Assembly (NCBI GenBank): GCA_964486045.1
Contig: CAZALK010000024.1
Span: 1-53,066, forward strand
Reading direction: 5' to 3'
Source: an uncultured archaeon
GTDB taxonomy: Archaea; Asgardarchaeota; Lokiarchaeia; Sigyniarchaeales; SOKP01
Length of the DNA: 53,066 nucleotides
How positions within the stretch are numbered: the first letter of the stretch is position 1; every line of letters begins with the position of its first letter. Under the pieces are notes generated by a model. It saw only the letters and a program-made list of their open reading frames with translations. It was not told the DNA's origin and searched no databases. The position numbers and the translations under genes are program-made. Shown here piece after piece: positions 21,801-31,158 of the stretch.

Positions 21801-22670
21801 TTCTAAAAGGTCAAAACCTTTTTCAATAAGGTTCATCCGTTTATTTTTCTCTTTAGCAAAAAGCGTTCCGTAAAAACCATAATGCGTTCCCGCTGTAAGA
21901 TAGACATTCCCAAGAATCAAAAAATCATCGCAATCTTTTACTAAATCTAATGTTTCTTCACATTTGATTAAAAATTTTTTACGGATTTTTTCTTCTTTTT
22001 TATCTCCATATTTAAGCTCTGTATATCTAGTTACAAAGAACAAAAAAATATCAGTATACAATAATTCTGTTCTAAAATTAATATTATCATTTTTTTTTAG
22101 ATGGACCCAAGCTTTTTCTATTAATTCACGACCCAACTGGAGGTAATATTTAAAATCTGATGGTTCTTTAAATAAATTTAATAAATTCCATACCGAATCT
22201 AAAGCTAATAAAGATAACCTTATTAGATTCTTGTTGTCATTTTTATTTAAATAAATTTTGATCAGTTCTAAGCATCCATTAATTGATTCTATTAAAGTAT
22301 CCTTCCCCTTTTCAATTGAAGTAATTGTGTAGCCCATAGCATTAAGAGCTTTAGCTTTGCATTCCATACTTAGAAGTTTATCATTGGTTTGGATATATAA
22401 ATTCTCTGCCTTATTATAAGCTTTAATGGATTGTGTATTCCAATTCAAATAATCTTCTTTAGTTTTTGATGCTCTAACAACTCGAAGGCAAATATCACCA
22501 AATTTAGTATAAACTTTACCTGCATCATGGAACATTTTATTATCTAAAAAAAATTTAGCAGCTTGTTCATACAGCTCCGCTGCTTCTTCCCAATTATAAT
22601 ACCTTTCTTCTGTTTCAGCTTTATTTAATAACTCTAATTCGTCTATACTTACCAACTCATTAATTCGCAA
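18834..22670 (-). CDS. Large TPR/alpha-solenoid protein with C-terminal carbon-nitrogen hydrolase (nitrilase) domain
   Basis: ~980 aa of helical repeats (WEEAAELYEQAA...); nitrilase triad E (IFPEMS), K (QKKHIPA), C (LICRDF). Confidence 0.85.
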   Translation of the reverse strand: MRINELVSIDELELLNKAETEERYYNWEEAAELYEQAAKFFLDNKMFHDAGKVYTKFGDICLRVVRASKTKEDYLNWNTQSIKAYNKAENLYIQTNDKLLSMECKAKALNAMGYTITSIEKGKDTLIESINGCLELIKIYLNKNDNKNLIRLSLLALDSVWNLLNLFKEPSDFKYYLQLGRELIEKAWVHLKKNDNINFRTELLYTDIFLFFVTRYTELKYGDKKEEKIRKKFLIKCEETLDLVKDCDDFLILGNVYLTAGTHYGFYGTLFAKEKNKRMNLIEKGFDLLEKAIIFFRTTKDYINLIYAIYTLDYLAGLFGRFEYYQKRIFSDVHELKIFSKVYDGFYTLQGPYISHLSLIYYLNFASKSFFKDETRKSFAKAGINFAKKELDNLTFGPFFALDSQSLTRFYSQLVILAEEDDPQQEYIQKMFYYADQAKNYSKGYYGGNVRSAGFDSIYRANKTMADIVKDKETKIKHLKVAIEAATSNIKYAIESYNLFLAAQMRLGLLHEELGILTTEKKPLMEARELFLHIIEETSEKGYYYHYTAACYEYIARLEDRLGNHLASAEYYDKAEKAHNKSLVEIEFKLLKDRVNEKIKYVKAWNLIEKAKSFHKREQHLNAKECYKKASEILTNLPSFNYEANYYGAWVFLEEAEELSKHEKYKEAISSYEKSKDLFDTAMMMIRFIRKNRRQSKDLKKLGKAAKVRINYCSARINLEEARISGKQGEHVAAAEKFALAATQFKDTCLLFNIEEEKVELEAIFHLCSAWERMELAENFEEPMKFKEASKIFLKASEFFTGSKLKFLAQGNSNFCTALEEGCRFDKSDDINAKILIYPKVKSFLRKAANSYEKGGFKNGAAWALATSTYFDGAWYLIRADEELDINKKQEFLNIGSTYLNSAAELFDKSGYIERKNEVLERLDRISKEEEIIVSALNTIKKPSVSQSVEGIVAPSCPVETSQSPRISEINELSEETISFTEKDRAKKKYELIYKDLVKESPEILKKNCKVAIAQIGLSLSGDIIPEFYEEKDTGLLSLREDKLEMVKAKVEEMVQKAHNIGIDILIFPEMSIDLNYKSFLEDLSSLAKNFNMYVVPGSYHDHVSKQNVSIIIGPEGILWEQKKHIPAIIHFGEKKFKEGILTSSSPHKTIVCNTKFGRIAILICRDFLDMDLRVELKNFEPPVDIIINPAFTPVTVDFKAAHFDARRSIYAYCFFANIAQYGESFIYTPEKERVERNVPEREEGLIFKEIDLFRLRSERKKWEIEQLKEKRFIQSTR

Positions 22671-22766
22671 AATTTACCCTCATGGTTAAATAATAATGAA
22701 ATTTTTCAATTTATAATCTTTTACATTATTTCAATAATAAATGGTAAGAATCTGAAAAGTAATAAT

Positions 22767-22831
22767 TATTTTTTACTCTATTTTTAAATTTTGTATTATT
22801 TAAACTAAGATTTAAGTAATTCATCTTAGTG
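22767..22831 (+). repeat. 65-bp direct repeat, copy 2
   Basis: 61/65 identical to 18537..18601. Confidence 0.92.
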
Positions 22832-22875
22832 TTCTATCCTAATTTAAAGACTTTTACAAAAAAAATGAAAAATAA

Positions 22876-24171
22876 TTAATTATTCTCTAAAATATGTATG
22901 CACAAAGCTGCTCCCCCTGGACCCAAGTTACCGCCTCCATTATGAGCAAGAGCTATTTTGGCATCTTTAACTTGTCTTTCACCTGCCTCTCCACGTAATT
23001 GTGTCACCAGTTCATACATTTGTGCTACACCAGAAGCTCCTATTGGGTGTCCTCTAGCTAATAACCCTCCGCTTGGATTAACTGCAACCTTCCCATCAAG
23101 GGCTGTAGCACCACTTTCAGCGAATGGACCTCCCTGACCAACGGGGCAGAATCCTAATCCTTCTGTTACATGAAGTTCGGCATATGCTGTTGCGTCATGA
23201 ACTTCAGATACATCAATATCTTCTGGGCCGAGCCCTGCTGTTTTGTAAGCAATATCAGAGGCTACTTTTATTTCATTAAAGCTTTTTCTCGAGCCAGATC
23301 GTAGAATTGAAGCACGAATTAAAATTGCTCGTTCTCTAAGGCTTGGATTATCATTTAAATATTGCTCTGAGCAAAGAATGGCAGCTGCAGATCCGTCACC
23401 AGTAGGAGCACACATGGCTCTAGTCAATGGATAGGCTACTATATAATCTTCCATGACTTGTTTAATTGTCTGAGGGAATGTGTATTGAGCTAAGGGATTC
23501 ATTGTAGAATTATTATGATTTTTAGCAGCAATAGCGGCAATTTGTCTTTGTGTTGTACCATAAGTTTTCATATGGTTTCGAGCTCCAGCCGCATAGAAAT
23601 CCATAAAAATACTGTGATCCTTCTTTTTAGGCTTTTTTCCTCCTTCTTTCTCTCCCCCACCCTTTTTCTCAGAAGGTGGTTTGTTTCCTTCTGCAAATTG
23701 TTTCTTTAGTGCACCCATCATACTAAGAGTGTCCTCAACATCTGTCCCTGCGATAAAACCGCTCATTCCTCCAAGTCCTGGAATGCCTCCACTAGTTACC
23801 CGAGGGGGTTTATCAAAATACATTTTTTCTGTGCCAATCGCTAATGAAACATCGTATACCCCTGCTTTAATTGACATCCATGCATTATGAAATGCGGTAC
23901 TTCCACCCGCGCATGCATTTTCTACATTAGTAATTGGGATTTTATCAATACCATGTGTGCTAAGTGCTACTTGTCCTCGAATGCAATGTTGGTATTCTGA
24001 CTGACCCCAACCAGAATTACTAAACCATGCTGCTTCTAAGTCACTTTTACTTAAACCACAATCCTTTAGAGCATTTTCAGCTGATTCACCAGTCATGCTT
24101 TTCATAGTCCTGTCTGGGAGTTTGGCAAATCTTACCATTCCAACTCCAATAATATATACTTGATCACTCAT
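22876..24171 (-). CDS. Thiolase, SCP-x/SCP2-type
   Basis: NVENACAGGS catalytic Cys, EVHDA, NPSGGLLARGHPIGASG. Confidence 0.93.
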   Translation of the reverse strand: MSDQVYIIGVGMVRFAKLPDRTMKSMTGESAENALKDCGLSKSDLEAAWFSNSGWGQSEYQHCIRGQVALSTHGIDKIPITNVENACAGGSTAFHNAWMSIKAGVYDVSLAIGTEKMYFDKPPRVTSGGIPGLGGMSGFIAGTDVEDTLSMMGALKKQFAEGNKPPSEKKGGGEKEGGKKPKKKDHSIFMDFYAAGARNHMKTYGTTQRQIAAIAAKNHNNSTMNPLAQYTFPQTIKQVMEDYIVAYPLTRAMCAPTGDGSAAAILCSEQYLNDNPSLRERAILIRASILRSGSRKSFNEIKVASDIAYKTAGLGPEDIDVSEVHDATAYAELHVTEGLGFCPVGQGGPFAESGATALDGKVAVNPSGGLLARGHPIGASGVAQMYELVTQLRGEAGERQVKDAKIALAHNGGGNLGPGGAALCIHILENN

Positions 24172-24385
24172 TCGTTCATATCACTTTTTACGATATATAA
24201 GATATCAAAATTATTAGAAAAATAATAATGTTTCTCTTACGGTAAAAAAGGCTTAGTCAGAGAAAATTCTATCAAAAAATTGTGTATCCAAATGTAATAA
24301 AAAATCTATTTATTTTTAGGGTATGGTGAATTTTTTTAATAAAGCTTACTATATTTAAAAGCTAAATAATAAAAATGAGATAGTC

Positions 24386-25588
24386 ATGACCGAAAAGAGA
24401 AATATTACAAAGGAGGATATCTTTCTTAAAGCAAGAATCCTTTCCGAAGGTGTTCGGGTGAAGGTGAAAAAACACCCTGAAAAAGGGAGTGCTTTTCGTC
24501 CTTTTGTCTTAGATGGATGTGATCTGGTGGCTATTCCTTTGCCAAATTCATACTCTCGTTTGGAGGTTATCATCGATGGGGAAGATGTGACTATTTCCGA
24601 TATGAGTAAGATTCTGGCCACAGGGAAACTGGAACTGCGACGTTCTTGGCTCGATAAGTCAATGAGTGATGGGAAACCCGTGGAGAGAGCCTTTTCGATG
24701 TCAGCCAGCTCGACCAGTATTATCAATATCATAATGCACTTTCGCTGTTACAATTACGATTCAGGCAAGGGTTGCAGATATTGTGGTTTGTTTGCCACTC
24801 CTTTGAGTAAAACACTTCCACTCAATATTTCTCAAAAGATAACAGCAATTCAGGTAGAAACTGCCATAATCGCAGCTCAAAATGGCTGGCGCGGCACACT
24901 CTCTATTACTGGTGGAGCTCTACCGAAGTCACGACGCGATCAAACGATTATTAGCCTCGAAAGGGTCATGAAGCAGTTAAGAGAGTCTCTTAGTGAAGAG
25001 GTCCTTTCCCAACTGCATGTCGCACCTAACGTGTATCCACCAGATGACTTTGAAGAAATGCACAAATGGAAAGATATGGGAATAAATGCTGCTGAGTTCG
25101 ATCTTGAGGTAATGGACCCCGCCTATTTTAAAGCAATCTGCCCCGGCAAAAGCAAAGCATACTCCCATGAACATTGGAAAGAAGCTCAAGAGGCTGCAGT
25201 CGAGATATTTGGACGCGGGCGTGGATCTTTCCAAAGTATGGTTACGGGAATCGAGCCTATGTCTTCATTAGTCGACGGTTTGGAAGAACGTATCTCAAAA
25301 GGTATCTATAGCGCTCCTCTAGTATTCGTACCGACCCCAGGTTCTCCCTACGCAAAATTTCGGCCACCAAATGCCGAATGGATTGTTGAAGCCAGCGAGA
25401 AAATAGCCGACATCTATTTCCGATATGCTGACACCCTTGATGTCAACTTACTAACCGATAATCGTCCTGGGTTCACTCGAATGGGCTTATCTTACCCCAA
25501 CATACTCGTTCGTGACGAGATGGCGCGTCGTCTTCAGGAGCAGGGGAAATTCCCACCGGGACTGCCTAGCCAAGATTTCATAGAGTGA
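24386..25588 (+). CDS. Radical SAM protein with an atypical CX8CX2C motif
   Basis: CYNYDSGKGCRYC, ITGG, DLEVMD...ICPGK; visibly higher GC than its neighbours. Confidence 0.85.
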   Translation: MTEKRNITKEDIFLKARILSEGVRVKVKKHPEKGSAFRPFVLDGCDLVAIPLPNSYSRLEVIIDGEDVTISDMSKILATGKLELRRSWLDKSMSDGKPVERAFSMSASSTSIINIIMHFRCYNYDSGKGCRYCGLFATPLSKTLPLNISQKITAIQVETAIIAAQNGWRGTLSITGGALPKSRRDQTIISLERVMKQLRESLSEEVLSQLHVAPNVYPPDDFEEMHKWKDMGINAAEFDLEVMDPAYFKAICPGKSKAYSHEHWKEAQEAAVEIFGRGRGSFQSMVTGIEPMSSLVDGLEERISKGIYSAPLVFVPTPGSPYAKFRPPNAEWIVEASEKIADIYFRYADTLDVNLLTDNRPGFTRMGLSYPNILVRDEMARRLQEQGKFPPGLPSQDFIE

Positions 25589-25619
25589 ACACTTAAGTTA
25601 GTTTTTGCTCAAATTTTTA

Positions 25620-26840
25620 TTAATTTGAGAGTAATTCCATGAAAGCTTCAAGTCTTGTTAAAGTCTGACCTCGTGAATAATTTCTCTCATCTACACAATC
25701 AACATCCAGATGGATAAGAGGTACACCCACCTTTTGTAGAGCATCTTTAAAAAGAACTCTGGCTCCTGCTGTTTGTCGACAGCCTAGATGGGCCGGATTA
25801 ATTGCTCCATCAATATTATATTCCTTTGCTAATTGAGCTATAACTTTGAGACGTCGTTCTACTGGGCCAATTATAGGTTGTGTGATTGTCCTTTGAGCAA
25901 GACTTCTTAATGGATCGTTTTCATCCATAGGCTTCCACCAAATATGATTGAATTCTTCAATAACAACATTTGCACCATATTTTTCTTCTAATACTTCTAT
26001 TAGATCAGTCTTAAACTGAATTCGGTTTTGAATCCAAAGCAATCGGTGCTTCTCCTCAGGTAAATTATAAATGCTGTTATCAATTCTGTGTTTAAATTCG
26101 TCCCGATAGGTCTTTGCAACCTCTACTCCTTCCTTTGTTCCTTGAAGTAATAAAAACATGATAAAATTTTTTAAATCATTCGAATTAGCCGGGCTAGGTA
26201 CATTCTTGCAATAATTTTCCATTTCCAAGACATATTCTCTTGCTTCATTATTATACCTGATGGTTTCCTTAAGTTTGTTATAATCTATTTTTCTTCCAGT
26301 TTCTCTTTCTATATATTCAATCATTTGTTCATATTGACCGATCAGGTACTCAATAGAGTCTTCAGTGACTTCAATTGGAATATTCAATATAAATACTTCT
26401 TTGTTAAATATTTCTCCAATGCGTTTTAAAGCCTTTACACCACCATTACAGGGAACACTCGCCCCAATAAGTACACTTGGTTCAGGAATTAAACCATCCA
26501 TAGCAGCTCCAATGATAGCTCGGTGGTATGTGCAACTGTCAGTAGAATAACCTTTATCTTCGGCAATTTCAAAATATTTATTTGCCATACCAGTTCCCGA
26601 CAACATTGCACCAAAAAATTCTACAAACATTCCCGAGACATTCATAGAATTCAGTATTTCATATGGGACAAACACCGTGGTCCAACCGACAGACCATTGA
26701 TCGTTGAAAATACGGGCACCTATTCGACCAATTTCATATATAAATTTTCTACGAGCAGTAAGTTTTAAGTCTAATTTTTTTTTAAGAGAATCTACCATTT
26801 GGGTAAAGTAAACCTTCAATATATCTGATTTATCATTCAT
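25620..26840 (-). CDS. 2-hydroxyacyl-CoA dehydratase subunit (HgdA/FldB-like)
   Basis: GYSTDSCTYHR, PCNG, HLGCR, DVDCVDER, TRLEAFME. Confidence 0.88.
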   Translation of the reverse strand: MNDKSDILKVYFTQMVDSLKKKLDLKLTARRKFIYEIGRIGARIFNDQWSVGWTTVFVPYEILNSMNVSGMFVEFFGAMLSGTGMANKYFEIAEDKGYSTDSCTYHRAIIGAAMDGLIPEPSVLIGASVPCNGGVKALKRIGEIFNKEVFILNIPIEVTEDSIEYLIGQYEQMIEYIERETGRKIDYNKLKETIRYNNEAREYVLEMENYCKNVPSPANSNDLKNFIMFLLLQGTKEGVEVAKTYRDEFKHRIDNSIYNLPEEKHRLLWIQNRIQFKTDLIEVLEEKYGANVVIEEFNHIWWKPMDENDPLRSLAQRTITQPIIGPVERRLKVIAQLAKEYNIDGAINPAHLGCRQTAGARVLFKDALQKVGVPLIHLDVDCVDERNYSRGQTLTRLEAFMELLSN

Positions 26841-26851
26841 ATTTATCCACT

Positions 26852-27874
26852 TTAATTTTTTATCATTTCTGTAAATGCTTCTATACGAGTTTTTAATTGA
26901 TTCATACTTTCTAATCCATCACTTTCAATAAACAAAACTTTTAAACCTTTCTCATTTAATAAGTCTTTTAATTGTGGCACATCATATAAATAGGTATCAC
27001 AAAATTTTAAGGAGTGATGGATTATTCCGTCTATCTCGAATTTTTGTGATACTTTAGAAATGTGAGAGGCTCGTTCTTCAATCTTCATCATTCGAGCACA
27101 AGGAGATCTATTTATATAAGCCTTACTTAGTGACATTAATAGATCTTTAGATTTTGGTACATCTAAATCAAAAAACTTACTACCAGTACAAAGGTCCTCA
27201 TAAATAACATTCAATCCACAATTTTCAATAAGATCAATAAATTCAATGTTGTGAATAGGGCTACCTGACAGAAGTACTCTTGGATTATAATTTTTTATAT
27301 CGATCTCCCGTTTCTCTTCGAGTAAATCCTTTTTATTCTCATTCCACATTTTTGGGTCAGATTTAAAGAATTCATTGGTAAGATCCATCATTTCTTTTCC
27401 ACTGATTAGAGGTGGGTTTTCAAGTCTTAAAGAATTCAACCTCCAGTATAATGAACGTGAACTTGTATATACCATAATTGATCTTTCAAGAACTTTTTCT
27501 TGAATAATTCTACCTGTATGTGTTTCCAACGCAACTTTCAATTTGTGAAATTCATCTCTAAGATATTTATAACCTAATGATGAATCTCCCATCGGGATAT
27601 CTAAGAGATATACGAATTTAGTAGGAATGTACCTTTTCCAGACATCATAAAGTCTTCTCATCGCATCGCAAGAATTTACAAACACGACACCCTCAAGAAA
27701 GTCATAACCACCATCTATAGCAACATCAATTGACGACTTTACAAACTGACAATAGTTAGGATGTATATATGAGTGAGCATTTTTTACTGGATTTGAATGT
27801 CCAACTATACGATATGGCAGAAACCCAGCAGCATGAATTAATTCCAATGGAGTGTAGCTACAAACCCAGCCCAT
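26852..27874 (-). CDS. 2-hydroxyacyl-CoA dehydratase subunit (HgdB/FldC-like)
   Basis: CSYTPLELIHAAG, NSCDAMRR, EDLCTG, LKFCD, TRIEAFTEM. Confidence 0.88.
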   Translation of the reverse strand: MGWVCSYTPLELIHAAGFLPYRIVGHSNPVKNAHSYIHPNYCQFVKSSIDVAIDGGYDFLEGVVFVNSCDAMRRLYDVWKRYIPTKFVYLLDIPMGDSSLGYKYLRDEFHKLKVALETHTGRIIQEKVLERSIMVYTSSRSLYWRLNSLRLENPPLISGKEMMDLTNEFFKSDPKMWNENKKDLLEEKREIDIKNYNPRVLLSGSPIHNIEFIDLIENCGLNVIYEDLCTGSKFFDLDVPKSKDLLMSLSKAYINRSPCARMMKIEERASHISKVSQKFEIDGIIHHSLKFCDTYLYDVPQLKDLLNEKGLKVLFIESDGLESMNQLKTRIEAFTEMIKN

Positions 27875-27898
27875 TTGTGGTTTATCTGATGTAATAAG

Positions 27899-29050
27899 TC
27901 ATTCAAGCTCCTTGAAGTATTCTTCTTGTGTAGGTGGATAATAAACTACTTTCTCTCCATTTTCGCTAGTTTTTTCAACATATTCCCTCCCCTCATCATC
28001 TATAAAAACCTTACCGGAAGTCTTTAACATCTCAAGTAGTTCTATCCTTTTTTTATGATCTTTTACACATATGTAACTGCAGTTTCCACAGCGAGGATTC
28101 ATATCTGGTAATGAATGAAAACCAGCATTTTCAGCTTGGAATCCTTCACTATAACTAGTAATAATCTGCACAGCGAGTTTTCTTAACTTTTGTGGTGTTT
28201 TGTTAGACATAACTAGATTTCCCCAGAAATTTTTCCGATATTCTGGATCTCTCCAAACCTCATCAGAATCACTTTTAGTGCAGATATGATTGGCCGCCCA
28301 TGTTCCCCAAGTACCATCTTCAGACAGACCTATAATTCCCATGCATGTAAATCCACACCTGGCGGTTATCTCACGTTTTGCATAAGTTTGTTTATATCCC
28401 CCTATGACAACGGGATATTCATCTTCCTCCTCTGTTTCATGAAAAAATCCAGCTGTACAAGCCTTAACACATGTTTTGCAGCGATTGCAATAATTTTTCT
28501 CAGCCATAGGATCAGCTTCAAACGGTGCGGTGGTTATTACACCCCCTAAATAACATGAACCACCAAAATCTTTAGTTACTAAGTTTCCTGACCATCCCAA
28601 GTGTCCAAGACCTGCAGCAACGGCGCCATATCTAAGGGAAAAATCAGGATACCCTTTTTCATCTTGAATCTGGTCGAATCTCCTTCCTTCTACTCTTCTA
28701 TATTTGTAATTTGGGATAACTGGTAATGATTTATATTCTGAATTCTCTTCAATAAATTTAGCGATTTTTTCTGCTGCTTTCCAAGCTGTTGAATAAGCGA
28801 AATGTTTTAAATATTTAACACCCATCCGATCTTTTTTAGAAAAAAATCTTTCTAAAGCATCTATTGAATTTGGGTAGACCCAAATAATGCAACTTTTAGC
28901 CTCTGGCAGTGAATAACTCATATCTGCAGAAGGAGGGGCATCTTTCAATCGTTCTTGGCTACCTATTCCAACCAAAGCAGCACCGGAATCAATAGCCAAA
29001 TTTTTTACTTCTTCACCTAATTTAGTTAAATCCAACTGGGAGGTGGTCAT
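27899..29050 (-). CDS. Epoxyqueuosine reductase / reductive dehalogenase-like Fe-S protein
   Basis: SLRYGAVAAGLGHLGWSG, CNRCKTCVKAC, CGNCSYIC. Confidence 0.8.
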   Translation of the reverse strand: MTTSQLDLTKLGEEVKNLAIDSGAALVGIGSQERLKDAPPSADMSYSLPEAKSCIIWVYPNSIDALERFFSKKDRMGVKYLKHFAYSTAWKAAEKIAKFIEENSEYKSLPVIPNYKYRRVEGRRFDQIQDEKGYPDFSLRYGAVAAGLGHLGWSGNLVTKDFGGSCYLGGVITTAPFEADPMAEKNYCNRCKTCVKACTAGFFHETEEEDEYPVVIGGYKQTYAKREITARCGFTCMGIIGLSEDGTWGTWAANHICTKSDSDEVWRDPEYRKNFWGNLVMSNKTPQKLRKLAVQIITSYSEGFQAENAGFHSLPDMNPRCGNCSYICVKDHKKRIELLEMLKTSGKVFIDDEGREYVEKTSENGEKVVYYPPTQEEYFKELE

Positions 29051-29165
29051 ATGTTTTTATTATTAATCTAGATTTAAGAGTATTTTTCTTTTAGAAAATA
29101 ATCAAATTTTGAATCGTTCATGCAAAATTGGATAGATCAAAAGCATAAACCAAGATAACAACATT

Positions 29166-29981
29166 CTAAAACCCAATGATTTCTTTAAGTTTATCAAATT
29201 CATCTTCTTGAGCAATTTCATCATCTGTTTTCTGATGGTTGTCTTCTTGATCCCATCTAAGTTCTTTTAATTTTGAATCAACAAGAGAACCTAATTCAGT
29301 TATGATGTAATTTTTAGCAGGAGAAAATCCCTTGTAAAAACCATTCTTTATCAAGTCATTAAAAAAAGCCCGACCATTTTTTGGCATACACTCATGAGAG
29401 CTATTTAAAATTTTCTTATGAATAACACCATCCTTATCTTCAGTCCTTTTATTAAAAATAAAATCCCTATCATTTCTAATTCTTAGTAAGAACTTAAACA
29501 TAGGATGTTGTTTTAGTTTTTCCTGCAAATCCCCGATGATATCATTGAAATCTTCTTTTTCTCCTTCCATTTTATCAAGATCTGAAATCGACTTTTTTGC
29601 AAATTCAAGACATTCATATAATTTCAATTCATAATCTTCGCAACCTTCATCAGGTTCCATTTCTTCTGTGAGTTTTATAATTTCGGTTTTCTTACTTCTT
29701 CTTCTCCAAATCTCGGTCTTTAATTGATCGATTTTTTCCTGGAACTTCTTATAGAAATTATTTTCTAATTTGTCTAAATTAAATATGTAACTTTTTACAG
29801 GATCTAAATCTTTGATTAAACCATTGTTTATCAACGGTTTTATCTCAGCATACTTTCTTTGGATGACACCCAAATAAATCGGGCTTTTAACTGTTGAGCC
29901 CTTAAAGTAACTTATTAACTCAAGGTTTTTTACTTTTCCTTCTTGAATCATTTCAGCTTTTTGATTGAGAGTCTCTCCCAT
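29166..29981 (-). CDS. Hypothetical coiled-coil protein, possible C-terminal winged helix
   Basis: 271 aa, charged helical composition; YIITELG resembles a wHTH wing. Confidence 0.65.
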   Translation of the reverse strand: MGETLNQKAEMIQEGKVKNLELISYFKGSTVKSPIYLGVIQRKYAEIKPLINNGLIKDLDPVKSYIFNLDKLENNFYKKFQEKIDQLKTEIWRRRSKKTEIIKLTEEMEPDEGCEDYELKLYECLEFAKKSISDLDKMEGEKEDFNDIIGDLQEKLKQHPMFKFLLRIRNDRDFIFNKRTEDKDGVIHKKILNSSHECMPKNGRAFFNDLIKNGFYKGFSPAKNYIITELGSLVDSKLKELRWDQEDNHQKTDDEIAQEDEFDKLKEIIGF

Positions 29982-30097
29982 AATTTAAGGCTATATTGAA
30001 GTATTTTTACAAATTTAGGTGTAAAACCATTTGAACTAAAAATAAAAGAATTTAAATAATAGTTTTTGGATTAAAAATAAATTTTGTTACAATAGAG

Positions 30098-30111
30098 AGT
30101 TCAATTGAACT
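30098..30111. promoter_or_regulatory. Perfect 14-bp palindrome AGTTCAATTGAACT, candidate operator
   Basis: Self-complementary; ~45 bp upstream of the wHTH regulator, in a divergent intergenic region. Confidence 0.5.
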
Positions 30112-30156
30112 TGAGTAGTCAGATTAGATAAAATTTCCTTAAATTATTCTTATGTT

Positions 30157-30477
30157 TTGAGTTTGTTACAAAAAGTGCTTCCAGCACTACCCCCAATTGA
30201 CAAGTTAATACATGAACCTGTTCGTCTCCACATAATGGCATATTTATTTGTCGTAAAAAACACTGATATGTTGTTCTTGAAAAACCAAACTAAACTCACT
30301 TGGGGGAATCTTTCTTCCCATATAAGTAGACTTGAAGCTTCAGGATATATCCATGTAGAAAAACTAGTGAAAGGTAAAAAAACATCTACAAGGCTCAGTC
30401 TTACAAAGAAGGGTCGACAAGCATTTCAAGATTATCAGACTAATTTGTCTCGTGTTCTTGGTTGGGAAAACAAATAA
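30157..30477 (+). CDS. Winged-helix transcriptional regulator (ArsR/HTH_34-like)
   Basis: IHEPVRLHIMAYL, TWGNLSSHISRLEASGYI, LTKKGRQAF. Confidence 0.9.
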   Translation: MSLLQKVLPALPPIDKLIHEPVRLHIMAYLFVVKNTDMLFLKNQTKLTWGNLSSHISRLEASGYIHVEKLVKGKKTSTRLSLTKKGRQAFQDYQTNLSRVLGWENK

Positions 30478-30639
30478 TTACTATAGAAAACATTAAAATT
30501 TTACATTCTTAACCAAATTCATTAGTTAATTTAATATAGACAAAAATGGGATAACTTCCTAAAAGGAATACATGAATAAAACTAGAATTAAAGATGATCT
30601 AAAAAAATAGGAAAAAATTAAACTAGATATATGAAATCT

Positions 30640-31158
30640 TTAGGAACAACAATTATCTTGATTGTTCATCTGATCAGCTCCACATCCGCAACCACATGCT
30701 GCGCTAGGGGGTTCAGGCTCACAATCAGTCTCAACAATTTTTACTTTAAAATTCAAAACTTTTCCTGCCATTGGATGATTTAAATCAATGATTACCTCGT
30801 CTTCCTCAATCGACTTTATTGATGCAGGCATTTGGCCTTGAGGTCCGGTAACCATTATCATTAATCCTGGATGGAGTTCAACACCTTTGGGAAATTGATC
30901 TTTTGGAACTTTATGAGTGAGATTTCCTTTGTACTCACCATAAGCTTCTGAAGGTTCAAGTCTAATTGAATATTCTTCACCTAGAGCTTTACCTAGAACA
31001 GATTCGTCGAAACCTTTAATTATTTGACCCGCTCCTACTTGGAGTTTTAATGGATTGTCACCATTTGCTCCTATAGTATCAAAAATTGTCCCATCGTCAA
31101 GAGTTCCCGTGTACTCAACTTTAACCCATTCTCCTATTTTAACTGCCATTTTTATCAA
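30640..31158 (-). CDS. slyD: FKBP-type peptidyl-prolyl isomerase, SlyD-like, with Cys-rich tail
   Basis: VEYTGTLDDG, EAYG, DLNHPMAGK; tail ACGCGCG...CCS. Confidence 0.9.
   Translation of the reverse strand: MIKMAVKIGEWVKVEYTGTLDDGTIFDTIGANGDNPLKLQVGAGQIIKGFDESVLGKALGEEYSIRLEPSEAYGEYKGNLTHKVPKDQFPKGVELHPGLMIMVTGPQGQMPASIKSIEEDEVIIDLNHPMAGKVLNFKVKIVETDCEPEPPSAACGCGCGADQMNNQDNCCS

Noticed and set aside
18537-22831. IS element or transposon
   Set aside because: No transposase, integrase or terminal inverted repeats; reported only as a repeat-flanked cassette
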